From a virus (lineage: Duplodnaviria; Caudoviricetes), in the IMG/VR virus record IMGVR_UViG_3300032232_001415, positions 32,001 through 96,000 of that record: a stretch of DNA of 64,000 bases; one strand, given 5' to 3'. Shown here in pieces: positions 1 to 9,598 of this stretch (position 1 is the stretch's first letter; each line of letters starts with the position of its first letter). Below the pieces are notes generated by a model. The model worked only from the letters and a program-made list of their open reading frames with translations. It was not told the origin of the DNA and ran no database searches. The translations under genes were made by a program, and so were the position numbers.

Positions 1-1
1 A

Positions 2-58
2 TCTGATGACGTTGACTATGTTTGCTCTACTATCAAGCAATATTTTTTAAATAAGTAA
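2..58 (+). CDS. 3' end of an upstream gene, possibly a DegT/DnrJ/RfbH-family PLP sugar enzyme (partial)
   Basis: Frame 2 reads SDDVDYVCSTIKQYFLNK* before the first full ORF. This resembles the C-terminal helix of DegT-family enzymes, but only 18 residues are visible. Confidence 0.35.
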   Translation, partial: SDDVDYVCSTIKQYFLNK

Positions 59-64
59 CTGACA

Positions 65-949
65 ATGAAAAAAAATAAACCATTCGTTATAAGTACAGGA
101 TCATTCGATTTAGGCATTGGTGGAATCAAAGTACTACATAAACTTTGTGATTTATTAAATAGGTCTAATATTGAAGCATATATTATTGGAGCAGAAGACT
201 CTGGTAAAAAAACATCAGATCATACTAATTTTTTTATATATGATCAATATAAAACACCTCTAGCACCACAAGAACTTTTAAATCATAAAAATGATTTTAT
301 AGCCATATATCCAGAAAGCTGGTATGGTAATCATCTAGGATGTAATAATGTTGTTAGATGGATTTTAGGTCCAACAAGCGAGGATCATATAAAAACTTGG
401 TCAAATAAAGATCTTTGGTTTTGGTATATACCAATGTTTCAAAACAAAGAATATAATAAACAATTACAAAATATTGAAAATCAATTATATGTTGGAGAAT
501 TTCATAGAGACGTATTTAAAAATAATCATTTAGATAGATTCACTACATGCTGGGCGCTCAGAAAAGCAGAAACAGAAAAAGACAAGGTGAGATTAATACA
601 TCCTTCTGATGGTCAATTTATACCATATCAAGCTGCCGGTCAAATATTAAAATTATCAAAATTGTTCAACGCTAGTACTCATTTTTATTGTTATGATACT
701 TATACTTTTTTGCCAATACAGGCTTTAATGTGTGGTTGTTTATCTATAGTTATTCCTAAAAATAATATATCATATGACGATTTTATGAATGGTTTTAAAT
801 TATGTAAATATATAGCATATGGGGAAGAAGATCTGCCAAGAGCCATAACTATCCAGAATGAGCTATATCAAGATATAGATGCCATAGAAAATGAAACTAA
901 ACAACAAATCCAAAATTTTGTGGAAAAATGTTATGATTACTTCCGATGA
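65..949 (+). CDS. putative glycosyltransferase (WavQ-like, GT-B type)
   Basis: GGIKVLHKLCDLLN, IAIYPE, NVVRWILG and YDTYTFLPIQALMCGC motifs resemble WavQ-like GT proteins of polysaccharide clusters. Confidence 0.55.
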   Translation: MKKNKPFVISTGSFDLGIGGIKVLHKLCDLLNRSNIEAYIIGAEDSGKKTSDHTNFFIYDQYKTPLAPQELLNHKNDFIAIYPESWYGNHLGCNNVVRWILGPTSEDHIKTWSNKDLWFWYIPMFQNKEYNKQLQNIENQLYVGEFHRDVFKNNHLDRFTTCWALRKAETEKDKVRLIHPSDGQFIPYQAAGQILKLSKLFNASTHFYCYDTYTFLPIQALMCGCLSIVIPKNNISYDDFMNGFKLCKYIAYGEEDLPRAITIQNELYQDIDAIENETKQQIQNFVEKCYDYFR

Positions 950-2009
950 TTTTAGCTTTTTAATAGTCACGCCAGCTAAAGACCCACTAAGACTTATAGC
1001 GGTTATTAAACAAATAAGAAATTATTATCCAAATAATGAAATAGTTATTGTGTATGATAATATTAAATTTCAATTAAAAAAATACATACAAACTCATAAT
1101 ATAAAAGAAATCTATCCAAACAAAAGAGTTTATATCGGTGGCGGATATAATTTAGCATTAAAAAATGCTTCAAATAAATGTTTTGCATTTCTTCATGATG
1201 ATACTTATATATATGAAAATTTTATAGAAAATCTTCTTGAATATATTGATGAAACAACATTTGCTAATTTCTCTTTAATAGAACCAAATTTATATAATAA
1301 TAGACAAGACTCAATTCTTAATCCTATAAGAAATTTTGGACGAGATAGTATAAGTTTTGATTATACATCATTTGAAAAATTTTGTAAACACCACATACAA
1401 TCCATACCACCAGATAAAATAACTGCACCTTCTATATTTGGTGGATTTTTTATGTGCGGATTTATTAAGCCAATACTTGATATAGGCGGTTTTGATGAAT
1501 ATATAACGCCATATTTTAGCGAAGATGCTGATTTAATACTGCGTATGATTCTTAAAGGATATAAATTTATTCATATTACAACCAGTCTAGTATATCATAT
1601 GGGTAGTTTAACATCAAGATCGGATAAAGAAGAATACGTATTGTCCGAAACAACAACAAAAAATAAATTTCTCAAAAAATGGCGAGTACCATTTGAGCTG
1701 ATAAAAGAAAATACTATTAAAAATCAAATACCATTAATTAAATTTAATGTAAAAATTGATACAACGAATATTAAAGATTATTATATAATTAATTATATTA
1801 ATAATATATCAGATAATATGAATTATACTGTTGATCACAGCACAGTAACTATAGAATCAGATCTGGATGAAAATGATATGGCAAATTTAAATGTTTTACC
1901 ATATATAGCAACACTGAATAAAGATAAACCAATAGTTACAATAGGAAATCTAACAATAAATATTAATCCAAAATCTTTTTCTCCATATCAAATAATGGCA
2001 AATATATGA
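933..2009 (+). CDS. glycosyltransferase family 2
   Basis: FSFLIVTP, GGGYNLALKNA, FLHDD (DxD-like), GGFDE and SEDADL motifs. Start placed at ATG 933 rather than 891 to reduce the overlap. Confidence 0.8.
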   Translation: MITSDDFSFLIVTPAKDPLRLIAVIKQIRNYYPNNEIVIVYDNIKFQLKKYIQTHNIKEIYPNKRVYIGGGYNLALKNASNKCFAFLHDDTYIYENFIENLLEYIDETTFANFSLIEPNLYNNRQDSILNPIRNFGRDSISFDYTSFEKFCKHHIQSIPPDKITAPSIFGGFFMCGFIKPILDIGGFDEYITPYFSEDADLILRMILKGYKFIHITTSLVYHMGSLTSRSDKEEYVLSETTTKNKFLKKWRVPFELIKENTIKNQIPLIKFNVKIDTTNIKDYYIINYINNISDNMNYTVDHSTVTIESDLDENDMANLNVLPYIATLNKDKPIVTIGNLTININPKSFSPYQIMANI

Positions 2010-2953
2010 AAACATTATATATAACAGGATGCTTAGGCTTTATAGGCTCTTATGTTACAATCGAATGCCTAAATAGAGGCTGGTTTGTAAAAGGTGTTGA
2101 TAAAATAACATACGCTGCCAATAAAACTTTGTTAGATAAATTTAAAAAATACACTAATTTTTCATTTATTCATTGTGATATTAATGATATTAAATTTTTA
2201 TATGACTGTGACTATGTAATAAATACTGCTGCGGAAACACATGTAGGAAATTCTATAGCAAAAAGTGAAGACTTTGTTAGTTCAAATATTAATGGAGTAT
2301 ATAATATATTAGAACTATTAAAAAATTATAGACAAGAAACTACAAATTTTCCTACGCTTATACACTTTAGTACAGATGAAGTTTATGGAGATATATCATC
2401 TGGTCATCATTTAGAGTCAGACATACTAAAACCTAGTAATCCATATTCCGCTACAAAAGCTGCCGCAGATATGTTAATATTAGCTTGGGCAAGAACATAT
2501 AAATTACCATATATTATAGTCAGGCCAACTAATAATTATGGAATTGGTCAATATGTAGAAAAATTAATACCAAAAACTTGTAAATATTTGAATTTAAATA
2601 GGAGGATACCACTTCATAATAATGGAACACCAATAAGAAATTGGCTCCATGCACAAGATACCGCCAAAGCTATAATGACAATTATTGATAGTAATATTAA
2701 AAATGAAATATATAATGTCTGTGGAGGATTTGAACTATCAAACATAGATGTTGTCAGATCTATCATAGAACTCGTGCATAAAAATAATGACTATCAAAAA
2801 TATATTGATTTTTCTGTAGAAAGACCAGGACAAGATGTTAGATACTCTTTAGACGATTCAAAATTAAGATCATTAGGATGGCAACCAGAAAAGATTTTTG
2901 CAGCAGAACTTCCATCTATAGTATCGTATTACAAGGATAAATTTATATGGTAA
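2006..2953 (+). CDS. rfbB: dTDP-glucose 4,6-dehydratase
   Basis: TGCLGFIG Rossmann motif, DKITYAA, AAETHV, STDEVYG, PYSATKA (YxxxK), NNYG, RNWLHA and RPGQDVRY. Confidence 0.9.
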   Translation: MKTLYITGCLGFIGSYVTIECLNRGWFVKGVDKITYAANKTLLDKFKKYTNFSFIHCDINDIKFLYDCDYVINTAAETHVGNSIAKSEDFVSSNINGVYNILELLKNYRQETTNFPTLIHFSTDEVYGDISSGHHLESDILKPSNPYSATKAAADMLILAWARTYKLPYIIVRPTNNYGIGQYVEKLIPKTCKYLNLNRRIPLHNNGTPIRNWLHAQDTAKAIMTIIDSNIKNEIYNVCGGFELSNIDVVRSIIELVHKNNDYQKYIDFSVERPGQDVRYSLDDSKLRSLGWQPEKIFAAELPSIVSYYKDKFIW

Positions 2954-3561
2954 ATGAAAGAAAATATAGCGTCGATTGGTTCAGTCATAATATACCAATA
3001 TGGAATGAAGTTTTTACTAAAAATAATATTATTGGTAAAGATAATTTAAGATTTTTAGAAATTGGTTGTTTTGAAGGTTTAGCAACTAATTATATGTTAG
3101 ATAATATCTTAACTCATGAAACATCAAAAATTGATATTATTGATACATTTCTTGGCTCAGTTTCAGAAGCTGGGATGTCTGGACATACTCATAATGATAC
3201 AGGATTTAAAGAACTATATAATATTTTTATGTCTAATACTCTAGATCATAAAGCAAAATTAAATGTTCATATCGGACAATCAAATGATATATTAAGAACT
3301 TTTCCTAATACTCCAACGTTCGATTGTATTTATATAGATGGATCCCATAAAGCTTTTAATGTTTTAGAGGATGCCGTTTTATGTAACTCCTTGCTTAAAA
3401 CTAATGGGATTTTAATTTTTGATGACTATGAATGGAAAGATAGCAACAACCCAGAACCATATAATTCACCTAAAATAGCAATAGATTCCTTTATATATAA
3501 CTTTGCTCCATTTTATGGACTTATCAATAAAGGATATCAGATTATAGTTAAAAAATTATGA
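2947..3561 (+). CDS. class I SAM-dependent methyltransferase (Methyltransf_24-like)
   Basis: LEIGCFEG, IDTF, FDCIYIDGSH and GILIFDDY. Confidence 0.85.
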   Translation: MVNERKYSVDWFSHNIPIWNEVFTKNNIIGKDNLRFLEIGCFEGLATNYMLDNILTHETSKIDIIDTFLGSVSEAGMSGHTHNDTGFKELYNIFMSNTLDHKAKLNVHIGQSNDILRTFPNTPTFDCIYIDGSHKAFNVLEDAVLCNSLLKTNGILIFDDYEWKDSNNPEPYNSPKIAIDSFIYNFAPFYGLINKGYQIIVKKL

Positions 3562-3851
3562 TTATCTATATAGATATAGATGAAACAATATGTAATAGTC
3601 CAGATGCTCCAGATTATACCACTAGTGTTCCGATATGTGAAAATATTAAAAAGGCCAATTTACTATTTGATCTTGGACATACTATAATATACTGGACGGC
3701 TCGTGGCAATAGGACAGGAATGGACTGGAGAGAATTAACAGAAAAACAGTTTAAGCATTGGGATGTCAAGTATCATGATTTAAAATTTGGAAAACCATCG
3801 TACGATCTTTTTATAGATGACAAAAATATGAATACTATAGACTGGAAATAA
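3558..3851 (+). CDS. small HAD-superfamily phosphatase-like protein
   Basis: IDIDETIC (DxD), YWTARG and GKP..DLFIDDK. Confidence 0.75.
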   Translation: MIIYIDIDETICNSPDAPDYTTSVPICENIKKANLLFDLGHTIIYWTARGNRTGMDWRELTEKQFKHWDVKYHDLKFGKPSYDLFIDDKNMNTIDWK

Positions 3852-3870
3852 AACTAATTATAGGTATACT

Positions 3871-4671
3871 ATGAATAATAGAGAAGTTCAATGTGTAACA
3901 ATACTTTCAGACTTAATAGAAAATGAAGGATTAATTGGAATTAAAACTTCTTTTGAGGATGAGGGGGCATCTTTCAACGAAACTATACGCCTTAAAGAAA
4001 TTTGTAATCAAGCTAATACCAAAATTACACTCAAAATTGGGGGACCAGAAGCTATTAGAGATATAAAGGATTCCTTGATCATAGGAGTTAAAGGACTTGT
4101 TGCTCCTATGGTAGAATCAGCTTTTGGACTTCAAAAATTCGTCCAAGCAATTGATAAAAATATTCCTGAGACTTCACTATCTACTATCAATTTAAATATC
4201 AATATTGAAACTATAGGTGCTATTCAAAATTTAGAAAAAATATTAAACACAGATGAGATAAATAAACTATATGGCATAACTATCGGTAGAGTTGATTTGG
4301 TTTCTTCATTTGGTAAAGATAGAACTTTTGTGGATAGCGATGAAATATATTTGATTGTAAAAAATGCTTTTATTAAAATTAAAGAAAAAGGACTAAAATT
4401 ATGTTTAGGAGGAGCAATATCTATGGATTCTTTGGTTTTTTTAAAGAAATTACATTCTGAAGGATTATTAGATAAATTTGAAACAAGGTACGCCATATAC
4501 GACCCATCAATTGCTTTAAAAAATTTATCAAGATCCCTTACTAAGGGACAGCTATTTGAATACGAATGGCTACAATATAAACATGAATATTATATGAATT
4601 TTGCTAATCAAGATATCAAAAGAATACAAATGATACAAGATAGAATCAATCAGTCGCTACAAAAGAGGTAA
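3871..4671 (+). CDS. HpcH/HpaI aldolase / citrate lyase family protein
   Basis: GIKTSFEDEG, KIGGPEAIRD, APMVES, INIET and IGRVDL. Confidence 0.8.
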   Translation: MNNREVQCVTILSDLIENEGLIGIKTSFEDEGASFNETIRLKEICNQANTKITLKIGGPEAIRDIKDSLIIGVKGLVAPMVESAFGLQKFVQAIDKNIPETSLSTINLNINIETIGAIQNLEKILNTDEINKLYGITIGRVDLVSSFGKDRTFVDSDEIYLIVKNAFIKIKEKGLKLCLGGAISMDSLVFLKKLHSEGLLDKFETRYAIYDPSIALKNLSRSLTKGQLFEYEWLQYKHEYYMNFANQDIKRIQMIQDRINQSLQKR

Positions 4672-4682
4672 AAATTAAATAT

Positions 4683-5081
4683 ATGACAACATACTCTAAT
4701 TTAGTAAAAGAAGAAGAATCCAATATAATTGCTATAGATTTTGATGGCGTAATTCATAGCTTTGAATATGGGTTTCATGATGGAACAATCTACGGAACAC
4801 CAATAGAAGGGTCAATCGATGCCATTAAAAGAATAGCTGCGGCCTATAAGATTGTCCTGTTCACTGCAAAAGCAAGATCAGATAGACCATTAATCAATGG
4901 CAAAACTGGAAAAGAACTAGTATGGGAATGGCTAAAAAAATATGATATATCGCAATACATATTTGATATAACAGCAGAAAAACCCAGATGTATTTGTTAT
5001 ATAGATGATAAAGCTATAAATTTTAAAAATTGGACCCAGGCACTAAATGACTTGAAAGATTTTATAAATGAAAGTGTCTGA
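4683..5081 (+). CDS. HAD-superfamily phosphatase-like protein
   Basis: IAIDFDGVIH, FTAK and EKP..YIDDKA. Confidence 0.75.
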   Translation: MTTYSNLVKEEESNIIAIDFDGVIHSFEYGFHDGTIYGTPIEGSIDAIKRIAAAYKIVLFTAKARSDRPLINGKTGKELVWEWLKKYDISQYIFDITAEKPRCICYIDDKAINFKNWTQALNDLKDFINESV

Positions 5082-6813
5082 TATAGTAATTCAATTTTTA
5101 GAATCAAAAAATATTGAACATGTATTTACTGTTTCTGGTGGCGGATGCATACACCTAATAGATTCTTTAGGTAAATCAAAAAGAATACAATATGTTTGCA
5201 CACATCATGAACAATCAGCAACTATGGCCACTGAAGGATATTTCAGACTAAGTAATAAGATTAGTGCATCCATTGTCACAACAGGGCCGGGAGGAACCAA
5301 TGCTCTTACTGGAGTGTTAGGATGTTGGTTAGATAGTATACCATCAATCATAATCTCTGGACAAGTTCCATCAAAACAATTAAATATTGGTACTGGTTGC
5401 AGACAAATCGGCGATCAAGAATTCAATATTATAGATTGTGTTAAGTCAATGACCAAATATGCAGTTGTGCTAGATAAACCAGAGAATATATTATATGAAT
5501 TAGAAAAAGCATATCAATATGCTACTACTGGCCGTCCTGGTCCAGTGTGGATAGATATTCCATTAGATTTTCAGGGGGCGGAAATCGATATAGAAAATAT
5601 TAATAAATATCAAAGCAATAATATTGATTACAAAATATCTAATGATGAATTATTAAAATTTAAAAATTTGCTAGAACAAGCTAAACAGCCATTGATTGTA
5701 GCTGGTAATGGCATTAGAATTTCTAATAGTATTAAATTATTAGATAAGTTTATTAAAAAATATAATATTCCAGTTGTTACTGGAATTCATAGTGGAATAG
5801 ATAGCGTAGATAACGAATATGCATTTTATTGTGGAAGAATTGGTATTCTAGGACAAATAACTGCTAATGAAATAATTCAAGAAGCTGATTTATTAATTGT
5901 TCTAGGTAGTAGACTAAGTGTTAAGATGTCAGGATACAATATTACTGAATTTGCTCCAAAAGCTAAAAAAATTCAAGTAGACATAGATCCTGCAGAAATT
6001 AATAAGCATAAATTTTTAATAGATCTTAAAATAATTACAGATTTGACACAATTTTTAAATATTATAAACAAAAAAAAATATAACATACAAATAGATCCAT
6101 GGAAAAATCATGTTTACGAAATAAGAAAACAACAAAAATATTTTTATGCAAAACATGAGAATATGCAAAACTATGTTAGTATCTATTATTTTATGAGTAT
6201 ACTTAAAAAATATGCATATAATTATCCAATAATAACTAGTGATGGCTCGGCACATGTTGTAACATTACAATCGTACAATCTTATAAAAGATCAAATATGC
6301 TTTACTAATGTTGGGTGCGCAAGTATGGGATATGGATTACCAGCATCTATCGGGGCATGCTTTGCAAATAATAAAGAACCCGTTATTTGTATGGAAGGCG
6401 ATGGAAGCATACAGATGAATATTCAAGAACTACAAACCATTATTCATCATAAACTACCAATAAAAATATTTGTAATAAATAATCAAGGATATTTATCTAT
6501 TAAAATAACACAAGAATCATTTTTTGGTGGAAACGAGGTCGCATCTGGCCCAGATAATGGAGTTAGTTTTCCTAATTTAGAAAAAATTAGTAATGCTTAT
6601 GGCATCAAATACTATAGTATTAATAATAATAAAAATATAAATACAATATTAAATGATGTATTTAGTTATGATGGACCATTAATTTGTGAATTATTTGGAT
6701 ATCCTTATGAGAAGCACGAACCAAAAGTCACTCATAAAGGTATTGATAAAAATGGAAATATTATTCCTGGCAATTTAACCAATATGACTATCTCTGATTC
6801 ATTTAACTTATGA
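5068..6813 (+). CDS. ThDP-dependent acetolactate-synthase-like enzyme (YerE-like branched-sugar synthase by context)
   Basis: HHEQ, TTGPGGTN, GRPGPVWIDIPLD, SMGYGLPASIGA and the GDGS..N ThDP motif. It sits inside a nucleotide-sugar cluster. Confidence 0.85.
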   Translation: MKVSDIVIQFLESKNIEHVFTVSGGGCIHLIDSLGKSKRIQYVCTHHEQSATMATEGYFRLSNKISASIVTTGPGGTNALTGVLGCWLDSIPSIIISGQVPSKQLNIGTGCRQIGDQEFNIIDCVKSMTKYAVVLDKPENILYELEKAYQYATTGRPGPVWIDIPLDFQGAEIDIENINKYQSNNIDYKISNDELLKFKNLLEQAKQPLIVAGNGIRISNSIKLLDKFIKKYNIPVVTGIHSGIDSVDNEYAFYCGRIGILGQITANEIIQEADLLIVLGSRLSVKMSGYNITEFAPKAKKIQVDIDPAEINKHKFLIDLKIITDLTQFLNIINKKKYNIQIDPWKNHVYEIRKQQKYFYAKHENMQNYVSIYYFMSILKKYAYNYPIITSDGSAHVVTLQSYNLIKDQICFTNVGCASMGYGLPASIGACFANNKEPVICMEGDGSIQMNIQELQTIIHHKLPIKIFVINNQGYLSIKITQESFFGGNEVASGPDNGVSFPNLEKISNAYGIKYYSINNNKNINTILNDVFSYDGPLICELFGYPYEKHEPKVTHKGIDKNGNIIPGNLTNMTISDSFNL

Positions 6814-7940
6814 AAAAATGTAATTTTTGCAATAATATTCTAGAACATATATATACTCCTTATAATTCTAAAATTAATTTAGAAATTTTCATATGCGTCG
6901 AGTGCGGATTGGTTCAGAGCGATTATGATCAGGCATTGTACGAAGAATCTAATGTATGTAAAAAAATAAAGTTTGATCATTTAGGTTGTGATGCAAATTA
7001 TTCTGATATTAGAGTTGGCAAACAACAAATGGTCAAATATATTTTTGATATTTTTGATAATTTAAAATTAAAACATCCTATTAAAAAAGTGCTTGATATG
7101 AGATCGGCCAGAGGTCATTTTGCATTAAGAGCATTAGACTATTTTAATATAGATAGCATAGATTGTATAGAAGAAGATATTTATATGCTAGATAACTATA
7201 AAAATAATTCTAAAATTAATATCATTAATACTAAATACCATCAACATATTAATTATGATTATGATTTGATATATTCTTGTCATAGTTTAGAGCATTATCA
7301 AAATCCTTCTAAATATTTAAAGTTTGTTAGAACTCTTTTAAATATTAATGGATATTTTTATATAGATGTTCCTAATTTAAACAATATTAATCATCAAAAT
7401 AATATAGATGAATTTTTTTATGATAAACACTTATATTATTATGATGCAATTACATTAATAAATTTTATAGAGAATATTGGATTTGAATTAGTTACACAAA
7501 AAATTTCAAATCAAAATATTGGGCTTTTATTCTATAAGTCCGATAATATTAATCTTTCTATTAAAAATAATCAATACATAAAAAATAAAAATTTAATAAG
7601 GTCTTACACATATAACATAAAACAAAATAGAAATAAACTTAGTAATATTAGTGTAAATTTTAATTCTGGAAATAATATTATTTTTGGTTGTGGTCGTCCT
7701 CTTGATGCTCTTGTCAAATATGCAAATTTAAATCTAAATCAGTTCAATTTTTTAGTAGATGATTTTTTATCAGAAATTACGGATACAATATATAGTAAAC
7801 CACTATATAATAGTAGCATATTAAAAAATAATAATATTGATAATATGTTATTAATGGTTAAAGAACCAGATATGTTATTAACAAAATTTAAAAACATTCC
7901 TAATATATTAACTTTATCTAGATTATTACATAATGAATAA
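6810..7940 (+). CDS. class I SAM methyltransferase with N-terminal Zn finger (sugar C/O-methyltransferase-like)
   Basis: CNFC..CVECGLVQ, YDLIYSCHSLEH, IDVPN, and a C-terminal IIFGCG Rossmann-like domain. Confidence 0.7.
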   Translation: MKKCNFCNNILEHIYTPYNSKINLEIFICVECGLVQSDYDQALYEESNVCKKIKFDHLGCDANYSDIRVGKQQMVKYIFDIFDNLKLKHPIKKVLDMRSARGHFALRALDYFNIDSIDCIEEDIYMLDNYKNNSKINIINTKYHQHINYDYDLIYSCHSLEHYQNPSKYLKFVRTLLNINGYFYIDVPNLNNINHQNNIDEFFYDKHLYYYDAITLINFIENIGFELVTQKISNQNIGLLFYKSDNINLSIKNNQYIKNKNLIRSYTYNIKQNRNKLSNISVNFNSGNNIIFGCGRPLDALVKYANLNLNQFNFLVDDFLSEITDTIYSKPLYNSSILKNNNIDNMLLMVKEPDMLLTKFKNIPNILTLSRLLHNE

Positions 7941-8784
7941 AATTATTATTTTAAGTCCACCAAGAAGTGGTAGTTCTATTCTAGCTAAACTAATAGAATC
8001 AGCTGGATATAAAAATTTTATTTCAAAAAATTCATTCCTACTATCTGGATCAGAATACAATAAAGATGGATATTTTGAGGATATTGCAATAACACTATTA
8101 AATGATCAACTTATTCGTATGTGCTACGGAAGCGACTATAGTTTTTTACATACTCCATCATTTGATTCATACAAAAAAATTAATTTACACAATAATATAT
8201 CATTTAAATATAATTTAGAAAATTTATTTATACCTAGTCAATATAAAGAAAAAATATTTGAGTATACTGGGAATACTTGGGATTCGTGGGGCATTACCAG
8301 AATGCTTGAAGGAGAAAAATGGCATAAGTGCTATAATAGATATAATATAGATAATTATACTAATATCATAGATGCTTTATCTGAGATAGTAACATCTTTC
8401 AATAATAATAACCAAAACATAATTATTAAAGATCCAAGACTTGCTTTAATAATGCCAGTATATAAGTTTGATCAAAAAATAAAAATTTTATATATTAAAC
8501 GTCAATATAAAAATATAAAAAAATCAATTTTAAAACACTATGGACCTAATTTATTCACCAAAAAATATATTTTTGATACTAAATATTGTTCAAATTATTT
8601 TAATTATTTAATTAAATATCAAAGCTTTAGATACTATATAAAGACATATAATAAAATTATTGAAGAGTCATTGAATAAATATGAATCATTGACTATAGAT
8701 TATGAAAAATTAAATAAAAAATCTACAATTGATAAAATTAATTACTTTATTGGTTCCTCAATAGACTCTACTCTGATTAAATAA
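7933..8784 (+). CDS. sulfotransferase-family protein
   Basis: SPPRSGSS PAPS-binding-like loop, GYFED, IKDPRL and IDYEKL. Confidence 0.7.
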   Translation: MNKIIILSPPRSGSSILAKLIESAGYKNFISKNSFLLSGSEYNKDGYFEDIAITLLNDQLIRMCYGSDYSFLHTPSFDSYKKINLHNNISFKYNLENLFIPSQYKEKIFEYTGNTWDSWGITRMLEGEKWHKCYNRYNIDNYTNIIDALSEIVTSFNNNNQNIIIKDPRLALIMPVYKFDQKIKILYIKRQYKNIKKSILKHYGPNLFTKKYIFDTKYCSNYFNYLIKYQSFRYYIKTYNKIIEESLNKYESLTIDYEKLNKKSTIDKINYFIGSSIDSTLIK

Positions 8785-8794
8785 AAAAATACTT

Positions 8795-9598
8795 ATGAAT
8801 AAAAAAATATTAATAACAGGAGGAAATGGATATCTTGCAAAAGAAATAAAAAAATATTTCCAAGACTGTTATGATGTAGTCTCAATTTCAAGATCAGATT
8901 TTGATCTTTCGTCTTATGATGAAACTAAAAAATGGTTTAATGATAAATATTTTGACATAGTAATACATACTGCAATTTCTGGAGGTAGCAGACTTAAAGA
9001 AGACGGACCCGATATACTAGATAATAATATTCGAATGATATATAATCTAATAGATAATAAAAATAAATTCAATAAATTTGTAAATTTTAGTTCTGGTGCT
9101 GAGATTTTTAAACCAAATGAACCATATGGACTTAGTAAAAGAGTCATATCGAATATTCTGCCAACAGCATTTGATAATTATTTAAATATAAGAATATATG
9201 CTATTTTTAATGAAAATGAAATAGAAACAAGATTTATTAAATCTAATATAATAAGATATATTAAAAAAGAACCAATAATAGTTCATATCAATAAAATTAT
9301 GGATTTTTTTTATATAACTGATTTATTAACAATAATAAAATTATATATTAAAGATGAATTAAATTGCATCAAAGAAATAGATTGTACATATAGTCAAACA
9401 TTATGCTTACTTGATATAGCAGAAATAATAAATAATTTATCTTCACATAAAGTAAAGATCATATTAGAAAATGATAAAAATATGCAATCTTATAATGGAA
9501 ACTATAATTATATTTTAGACTCTATTCCTATTATTGGATTAGAACAAGGAATCAAACAAACATATTCTAAACTAGAAAGACTATATGAAACCAATTAG
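8795..9598 (+). CDS. NAD-dependent epimerase/dehydratase/reductase (extended SDR)
   Basis: ITGGNGYLA, IHTA, FSSGAE, PYGLSK and MDFFY. Confidence 0.85.
   Translation: MNKKILITGGNGYLAKEIKKYFQDCYDVVSISRSDFDLSSYDETKKWFNDKYFDIVIHTAISGGSRLKEDGPDILDNNIRMIYNLIDNKNKFNKFVNFSSGAEIFKPNEPYGLSKRVISNILPTAFDNYLNIRIYAIFNENEIETRFIKSNIIRYIKKEPIIVHINKIMDFFYITDLLTIIKLYIKDELNCIKEIDCTYSQTLCLLDIAEIINNLSSHKVKIILENDKNMQSYNGNYNYILDSIPIIGLEQGIKQTYSKLERLYETN

Noticed and set aside
5068-6813. ilvB as an amino-acid biosynthesis auxiliary gene
   Set aside because: There is no ilvN/ilvC/ilvD, and the sugar-cluster context fits a YerE-like role better.
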